Origin: a virus
Taxonomy: Duplodnaviria > Caudoviricetes
DNA: 45,266 nt
Reading direction: 5' to 3' (one strand)
Virus record (IMG/VR): IMGVR_UViG_3300017778_001280
Span: 1-45,266 of that record
The position numbers and the translations under genes were made by a program. Numbering within the stretch: the stretch's first letter is position 1; every line of letters begins with the position of its first letter. The notes under the pieces are model-generated. The model was not told the origin of the DNA and ran no database searches. It was given only the letters and a program-made list of their open reading frames with translations. This document shows, one piece after another, positions 39,330 through 45,266 of the stretch.

Positions 39330-41750
39330 TTACCCCTTTTCTTTAGCGGTGGTCTTAGATGGACTCATCGCATTTTGCATAATCGTATTCATAATTGACT
39401 TCTGTAAGTCTATTGGCTTATCTTGTAATAGGCTTGACAAAAGCTGTCCACTTACCCCTGTAAACATCTTCTGCATTTCAGGCGTCAGTGTATCGGGCAT
39501 AGCACTGTTAATCAAGCTACTTGTGGCCATGTTTGTGCCTGTATTTAACAGTGAAGACAAGCCTGCTTCACCTATATCTTTCTTGTTAATTGCCGCACCT
39601 ATCGTAGATGTAGCAAGGTTTGGAAGCGCTTTGCTAAAGTACTGATCTGCAAAGGCATTGCCAGTATTAATCGTTGGCATATAGTTTTGAGCCAACAAAT
39701 TTGTCCCAGCACCAGCAGCGCCAGTCAAAAATCCCTTGCCAAACTTACCACCACCCATTTCGGCCATAGCCCCGTTTATAATTCCAGAAGTAACAACCTT
39801 TGCTGCAGTTGCGCCTAACGTTGGAGTTAAAGCACTAGCCGCAAGAGAGCCTAGACCGCTTGTAGCAAACATAATTGCTAGTTGACCGACTGGGCCAAGT
39901 GCCGCTACGTCTTGAATCATATTCTTAAGAACACCGGGTGACTCTACCTGTGTTACAGGTGACGCCTTACCGTTAACATCCCACTGGCCTGAAATACCAA
40001 CTCTGTGCTTTGGCCAGACCTTATCTTCATCTCTACCACGGTAGCCGGTTAGAGTGCCGTTTGCATCATATTGAGCGTCAACAGTTACACCGGCTGACGT
40101 TTTAACTGGTTTTGTGTAGCCAACCAACTGTTGCGTCTGGTCTTCTCCGCTGCCAAGGACGTTGTAAACAGGCTCTAAACCTTTGGTGTCTTTTACCTGA
40201 CCCGGCACTGTATAAGTCTGTGTCTGGCCATCACTGTCCGTATAGCTCTTAGTCTCTGGCTTACCAACTTCAAGCTGTTTAGGGACGTCAGCTAAAGTCT
40301 TTTGGTCAAGGCCAATGAACGTCTGGAACATATGGGGCTGGAGCTTGCCGCCAAACTTCTCATCAGCAATACGCTGGGACATCTTGGCCACTTGATCAAT
40401 GGCATCAGCTTGGGCACCGTACTTCTCACGCAAAGATGGGTCTGCATTAACAGCGGCCACGAAGTCTGTGTAACCTTTAGTTTGCTCTTCTGGAGTACCT
40501 GTACCAGAAATAGAGTCACGCAGGCCAAGGATTGGTACGGCTTTTTGTACTTTATCAAGTGCTAGGCCATATAAACCCTTAAGTCTTGGATCTTTATTGG
40601 CGTTATCAACAAATGCTTGAAGATCTTTGGCTGACTTTGTGGGGTCAGATGTAAGGGTCTGGAGATCTGTTCCAAAGTTTTTTACAGGCGCAAGGTAGGC
40701 AGTTACGTCTTTACCAGTAATATTACCGCCCAAAGCTTTGGCAATCTGGTCATCCGTAATGCTGTATTTACTCTGCAATGCCAGAGCGCCCTTTGTTTTA
40801 TCTAAGTCACTGACCGTAGGCGCTGACAGGCCTTTAACAATGCTGGCCAGCCCAGTGTCAAAGGCCGTGAACATCTGATCCACGCCCTTCTTATTTAAGC
40901 CTGAGTACTGAGCAATTTCGTTGGCGTCCAAACCATACTTGTTAGCGGCCTGATTAACCAAAGCCACTTTATCAAAATCAGACTTGGTTTTGTCACCTAA
41001 CGTGTTGGTAATGTAGTCTTTGATGCCAGTACCATAGGTTTTAAGGTATGGGTCTACTACATCTTTACCATAGATAGATGTTAAATCGCCCTGACTAATG
41101 CCCGCTTTTTGGGCGGCTTCCATGACTTTATTAGTCTTCTCCCAAGAAGCAAGCGTTGGATCACCCATTACGCCCGAGATGTAGTCTTTAATTTGAGTTG
41201 TTGTAAATGGTGTGACTGTGCCGTACTTGGTTTCTTCTGGCGCATTTAAAACCGTAGCCACAGGCGGTACTGGTGGGGGCGGTGTAACGGGAGGCAGCGT
41301 TGTGGCTTGTGCTACAGGTGCGGCTGCTCCGGGCAAACCAGCGCCCAATGATGCAATTCCAGTTGGAACAGCAGCGGCAACAGAAGTCCCGTACCCAGTT
41401 GCCGCCGGCGGTGGTGGTGTTTGCATTACAGGAGCCGTAGGTGTCTCTTGTTCGGCTCTACCCATGTATGCGGGCTCATAGTTGGTGTATGAATCTGGCT
41501 GAAACTGTTGCGCGTAATAATCTACAGGTGCTGCTACGGGTGCCGCCACAGGCGCTATGGGCGCTGGTTGACCAAAATCAATACCGGCATTACTAAAGTA
41601 GCTACCAACAGTCCCAGCGTCATATCCGGTAGCGCGCGACAGGTCTGCGGCTGATACGCCGTACTGTTGAGCTGCATCAGCAATGGCCTGTGGATTACCT
41701 ATGTTTGCTGTTACGTATTCTTTTATCTGAGCATCTGTAAATTGTGCCAT
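39330..41750 (-). CDS. Putative internal virion protein with repeated helical modules and Gly/Ala-rich hydrophobic C-terminus
   Basis: Start ATG 41750 (TAATG overlap); about 806 aa. Confidence 0.7.
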   Translation of the reverse strand: MAQFTDAQIKEYVTANIGNPQAIADAAQQYGVSAADLSRATGYDAGTVGSYFSNAGIDFGQPAPIAPVAAPVAAPVDYYAQQFQPDSYTNYEPAYMGRAEQETPTAPVMQTPPPPAATGYGTSVAAAVPTGIASLGAGLPGAAAPVAQATTLPPVTPPPPVPPVATVLNAPEETKYGTVTPFTTTQIKDYISGVMGDPTLASWEKTNKVMEAAQKAGISQGDLTSIYGKDVVDPYLKTYGTGIKDYITNTLGDKTKSDFDKVALVNQAANKYGLDANEIAQYSGLNKKGVDQMFTAFDTGLASIVKGLSAPTVSDLDKTKGALALQSKYSITDDQIAKALGGNITGKDVTAYLAPVKNFGTDLQTLTSDPTKSAKDLQAFVDNANKDPRLKGLYGLALDKVQKAVPILGLRDSISGTGTPEEQTKGYTDFVAAVNADPSLREKYGAQADAIDQVAKMSQRIADEKFGGKLQPHMFQTFIGLDQKTLADVPKQLEVGKPETKSYTDSDGQTQTYTVPGQVKDTKGLEPVYNVLGSGEDQTQQLVGYTKPVKTSAGVTVDAQYDANGTLTGYRGRDEDKVWPKHRVGISGQWDVNGKASPVTQVESPGVLKNMIQDVAALGPVGQLAIMFATSGLGSLAASALTPTLGATAAKVVTSGIINGAMAEMGGGKFGKGFLTGAAGAGTNLLAQNYMPTINTGNAFADQYFSKALPNLATSTIGAAINKKDIGEAGLSSLLNTGTNMATSSLINSAMPDTLTPEMQKMFTGVSGQLLSSLLQDKPIDLQKSIMNTIMQNAMSPSKTTAKEKG

Positions 41751-42091
41751 TATCCGACCTTCCAATTCGTTCCATCAGAATATACAGGCACAGCAATAGC
41801 GCCGCCAGTTACCACGGTTGCCCCAAATGTTGGAGCCAATGCGTCCGTTACAAAAGACCTTGCACCCTTACCTGAAGTAACCGCGCTTGGCAACGTTGCC
41901 ACTGTGTAGTTAGTCAAAGCAGGAATAATAGAATCTGTCTTTAGCTGGTTCAAAATAGCATCAACCCTGTTAAAGTACAGGCGAAGCACGTTGTTTAGCT
42001 GATCGGCGTACTGCCGGTCATACTGGATTGGGGACAGCGGTAGGTTAGGCGAGGCAACCTGATTGATCTCAAACTCAGAAATAACAATCAT
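41750..42091 (-). CDS. Small tail-associated protein
   Basis: 113 aa; LNNVLRLYFNRVD helix, YTVATLPSA, YSDGTNW beta-rich tip. Confidence 0.65.
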   Translation of the reverse strand: MIVISEFEINQVASPNLPLSPIQYDRQYADQLNNVLRLYFNRVDAILNQLKTDSIIPALTNYTVATLPSAVTSGKGARSFVTDALAPTFGATVVTGGAIAVPVYSDGTNWKVG

Positions 42092-44205
42092 GTGTTACCC
42101 CTTCTGCCGTCTTGTTTGATGTCAATACGTGGCGAACCCAACTGCCAAGCACACCCTAGTTGAGTAGATTCCACTTGGATAATCATCTGACGGCCTCGCA
42201 CCCTGACGTACACCTGACCTGTAAACTGCTCAATCACAGAGGTAGACGTGCGGGTTACTGTGGCATTAGAGTTTCCACCTACAGAGATGGGATTGTTGTA
42301 GCCTGAACCAGCGTTCTGCATGGGGATCAACGTCATTGTGACTTGGGGTGAGGCCGCAGTAGAGCCTCGGAATGTAATATCTGGGAGCATCCTCCAGACA
42401 AAACCAAAGTGATCGCCATCGTCAATGTCAAATTCCGCAGAACCAATGATGGCATTGATAGCCACTGGTGTGCCTGTTTGGTTGTCGTCATTACCTTGCT
42501 CATGATCAACAAGGTTATAGGAGTATGTAGCGGCTATTGGGTGGTCACGCAGCCCTGAATCAAGCCACGCTGTACGGCCCAATGTCCCATAAGACCAGAC
42601 GTCTTCTGAGTAGTTATAGATGACATACAGGTCAATTGCCGTGCTGTTCTGTGAGCAATAGAACCACCAGACTTCGTTAAAGCCTTCGTTAGTTCCAGCA
42701 AGCACTTGGGATGCCTGCGCTAAGTTAATGTCTTGGAAGATGTGGCGAAGCAGGTCGCACTTCATGGTCTGTACCCGACCATCATATTTATAAAACTTCT
42801 CCACGCCCATCCAGTAGATTACACCTGATGCAACAACCGCTGCATTAGGGCCGATGATGGAGATGTTGTCACCCAAAAGCTGGCTAGACCAAACTACAGG
42901 CGGCCCTTGATACTGTAAAGAATACAAAGATGAGTCAGTCCAAACCACAATCTCTTGACGGGTCTGTACACAAGTAACAATTTCAGAGCCGTGAGATAGT
43001 CGGATACTGCCTGCTTGATTTGTGGCCGATGGTGTCCAGTTTGTTACTGATTCTTGGTCAGACCAACGAAGCAACATAGGGTCTTGAACCGTACTGCCAT
43101 AGTCGTTACAGCCAAACGCAAACACAAACCGGCTTGTGTCAGCAACAAAAATAGTATTCTGGATAATCGGGCAATCTGAAGCACCACCCAATTGAGTGAT
43201 GTCAATACCCCTAGCAGATATAGTCTGAGTGCCTGACTGCGTTCCGCTGGTGTTAATAGCCGCACCGCCAAAGGTTAAGGATAAGTTGCAAGTTGTGCCT
43301 GTGCTACCTACCACGTAATAGACCACACCCACAGACAGACCAGTTGGCAGAGCACCAGTCGTATTTAAAGAAACAGCCGTTCCATTCCTCAAAGCCACAG
43401 TCAACACACCGGGGGATGCAATAGTCACTGTAAAAGGTAATGATGTAACACCAATTTGAGCAGACCAATAATAGATACCACCGCCTCTTGGAGCATAGAT
43501 CAGGTCTTCGCCAAAGTTATTTTGACTCCACAACTGGATGGCGTTAACAGAATTAGTACCAAATCCCCAAAAGCCTGAACCCCAAGCACCGCCACCCCAG
43601 CCAGTTACAGCAACCGCATAAGCTGGGCCAGTATGAATCTCATAAGCCGCTATGACACCTGCGCCACCACCGGGAGAAGCCGCAATAGCTGTAGCGTTTG
43701 GTGTTACAGATATAACTATGGTATATGTGTTTGCGTCAATAACCGTAACTTGGAAGTTCTGGTTTAGGACGGCTGCGGTGACGTTAGTCCCACCACCGCC
43801 AATAGCTGTAGCCCCACTAAAAGTAACAAAGTCGCCCGTGTAGCATCCATGAGCCGTGTCGGTCACTGTAACAGTGGTAGAGGCGGTCAGTGCAAACGGG
43901 TTGTTATTGATCGTAACTGTAGAACGAATGGGCGTGATGTCGTTGTATGCACCGCCAGACTCAATGTAGAACTTTAAGTTAGTGCCTACACCAATCAAGT
44001 TGAACGATGTTAATGTGACCCAGTTCCATAAAGAACGGCACACACCTTGAAAAACAGACGCAGAAATACGAACCCAGCCACCAATTTTCTCCGGCGTACC
44101 CTGACGAAACCGCATCTTGTCGGATACATACCAGCCATTCTCGGCGGTATAGCGAGTGTTTTCTTTGTTTACACCAGCTTTAAGGGTTAGTTTTTTGAGC
44201 GGCAT
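42088..44205 (-). CDS. Tail tubular/nozzle-like structural protein with inserted beta-sandwich modules
   Basis: 705 aa; beta-propeller-like repeats (LRWSDQE, EVWWFY); position between lysis and ejection genes. Confidence 0.7.
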   Translation of the reverse strand: MPLKKLTLKAGVNKENTRYTAENGWYVSDKMRFRQGTPEKIGGWVRISASVFQGVCRSLWNWVTLTSFNLIGVGTNLKFYIESGGAYNDITPIRSTVTINNNPFALTASTTVTVTDTAHGCYTGDFVTFSGATAIGGGGTNVTAAVLNQNFQVTVIDANTYTIVISVTPNATAIAASPGGGAGVIAAYEIHTGPAYAVAVTGWGGGAWGSGFWGFGTNSVNAIQLWSQNNFGEDLIYAPRGGGIYYWSAQIGVTSLPFTVTIASPGVLTVALRNGTAVSLNTTGALPTGLSVGVVYYVVGSTGTTCNLSLTFGGAAINTSGTQSGTQTISARGIDITQLGGASDCPIIQNTIFVADTSRFVFAFGCNDYGSTVQDPMLLRWSDQESVTNWTPSATNQAGSIRLSHGSEIVTCVQTRQEIVVWTDSSLYSLQYQGPPVVWSSQLLGDNISIIGPNAAVVASGVIYWMGVEKFYKYDGRVQTMKCDLLRHIFQDINLAQASQVLAGTNEGFNEVWWFYCSQNSTAIDLYVIYNYSEDVWSYGTLGRTAWLDSGLRDHPIAATYSYNLVDHEQGNDDNQTGTPVAINAIIGSAEFDIDDGDHFGFVWRMLPDITFRGSTAASPQVTMTLIPMQNAGSGYNNPISVGGNSNATVTRTSTSVIEQFTGQVYVRVRGRQMIIQVESTQLGCAWQLGSPRIDIKQDGRRGNT

Positions 44206-44213
44206 GGCTACCT

Positions 44214-44651
44214 TTATTTACTGGCAACGCCTTTGGTCTTCTCAAAAGAACGCATACCGGCAATGCCCAAGATGCCTGATAATATCACCCATAGCTGGTC
44301 TGCGTCCAGTACTGGCGGAGGATCCATGCCAACCGGAACCCAGCCCATAGCCTGCAAGTACTTCCAGCACCACTGGAACAGTGGATACAGCAGAAACTGA
44401 TACCCCATCGCAGCTACACCGATCCAACCGATGGCAGGCCGCCAGCCACTGACAAACACACTGGATGATGCAGCTTCAATCTTGTTGACCTCAATCTGCG
44501 CTAGGTCTGTGGCTTGGTCAATGCGTTTTTCTTCAAGATCAAGCTTACGCTGCTCAATCTCCATCTCCATCTTTTCTTTGTCAGTGGTGATTAGGTCGCC
44601 CGCAACCTTGCCCACGGCTTCAATAATTGATCCAACGGCAAGCAAGCTCAT
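44214..44651 (-). CDS. Holin (3TM, GTA-holin-like family)
   Basis: FVSGWRPAIGW...ILGIAGMRSFEK motif; next to the endolysin. Confidence 0.85.
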   Translation of the reverse strand: MSLLAVGSIIEAVGKVAGDLITTDKEKMEMEIEQRKLDLEEKRIDQATDLAQIEVNKIEAASSSVFVSGWRPAIGWIGVAAMGYQFLLYPLFQWCWKYLQAMGWVPVGMDPPPVLDADQLWVILSGILGIAGMRSFEKTKGVASK

Positions 44652-45163
44652 TTCAAACCTTTCAGTGTGCGGTTAATCCAGCCCTTGAGGAACTTGACCT
44701 GCACGGGGTTCTTGTTGCAAATCTCAACGTAGCGGGCGATCTTTGCCAAGGCGTAGGATTCTTTGAACCGCTGACCGTCTGTAACTTGGTTAAGTTTCTC
44801 AATAGTCTTAGCACCGATGCCGCCGTCAGGGGTAGCGCCCACAATTAACTGAGCCAGCTTGACAGCCATGCCCATACCTGCGTTTACACCAAAGTTAAAG
44901 ATGGTGTTAGCCACCTCTTGGTTGCTGATCTCGTTACCACGCATCTTGTCCCAGAACTCAGTGCGGTAGAACTCACGCACCATAGGTGTTAAGGAACCAC
45001 CAAATTCTTTCTTATCTACCAGCGCCCAGCCGGGCCACTGCGGGTTCTTGTTCCTAGCAATACCAGCGTAAGTCATACCACCCGTGTCGCCGGGTACTTC
45101 ATGGAGGACGTAGCCGCCCTCGTCTTGCATCATCTGCTCAAAAGCTGGTTCAAACTGCGCCAT
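44648..45163 (-). CDS. Endolysin: glycoside hydrolase family 108 plus peptidoglycan-binding domain
   Basis: EGGY...DTGGMTYAGI, FGVNAG, DGGIGAKT, FLKGWINR. Confidence 0.9.
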   Translation of the reverse strand: MAQFEPAFEQMMQDEGGYVLHEVPGDTGGMTYAGIARNKNPQWPGWALVDKKEFGGSLTPMVREFYRTEFWDKMRGNEISNQEVANTIFNFGVNAGMGMAVKLAQLIVGATPDGGIGAKTIEKLNQVTDGQRFKESYALAKIARYVEICNKNPVQVKFLKGWINRTLKGLK

Positions 45164-45266
45164 TATTTGTCCTTGCAGGGGGGATTGCTTTTAGTGTCTT
45201 CATTTTGCATGAGTTTGATACCAGACAGGAACCCAATCATGCCGCCGATAAGAGTAGAAAAAGCGG
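45163..45266 (-). CDS. 3' fragment of a small membrane protein (...AFSTLIGGMIGFLSGIKL...CKDK)
   Basis: Open frame from the window edge to TAA overlapping the endolysin ATG; hydrophobic helix. Confidence 0.6.
   Translation of the reverse strand, partial: AFSTLIGGMIGFLSGIKLMQNEDTKSNPPCKDK

Noticed and set aside
38779-39645. Long plus-strand ORFs antisense to structural genes (also 28829-29437, 32573-33094, 33644-34240, 13072-13701)
   Set aside because: Mirror images of low-complexity minus-strand coding sequence
1-45266. Prophage boundaries, integrase, att sites, host genes or transposons
   Set aside because: None recognised; every assignable gene is phage-type, so lifestyle cannot be determined from this window

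Overview
The whole window is part of a tailed dsDNA bacteriophage genome with podovirus-like architecture (portal, tail-tubular/nozzle-like protein, internal ejection proteins, no tape-measure or sheath gene). The small-gene families suggest an aquatic Betaproteobacteria-type host, but that is an inference. Layout: (1) 1-6810, minus strand: head/packaging genes (scaffold-like, GroES-like, portal, TerL, LexA-like HTH, TerS-like). (2) 6932-11621, plus strand: about 20 tiny, mostly acidic, translationally coupled early genes with a sigma70-like promoter near the start. (3) 11618-16184, minus strand: Toprim primase-like, SF2 helicase, ParB-like and small genes. (4) 16240-17100: a region without a credible gene, packed with structured-RNA-like elements and promoters. 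(5) 17105-21497: RuvC-like, Cas4-like PD-(D/E)XK nuclease, ERF annealing protein and small genes. (6) 21481-45266, minus strand: a 4561-aa polyvalent virion protein (LPD1-type peptidase, N6-adenine methyltransferase, Strawberry-notch SF2 helicase, second zincin, LPD38-like), ejection proteins, tail proteins, holin and GH108 endolysin. No major capsid, DNA polymerase, integrase, tRNA or CRISPR array was recognised; the window is cut inside genes at both ends. The most notable unexplained signals are a cassette of putative ncRNAs (including a two-copy covarying kissing-loop motif and an anti-Shine-Dalgarno sRNA), a dispersed 17-bp palindrome CTCTAACA(C/G)TGTTAGAG that may be a parS-like or operator site, and an apparently real 124-aa gene nested out of frame inside the giant protein. 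All domain calls are by-eye motif recognition, not database results.
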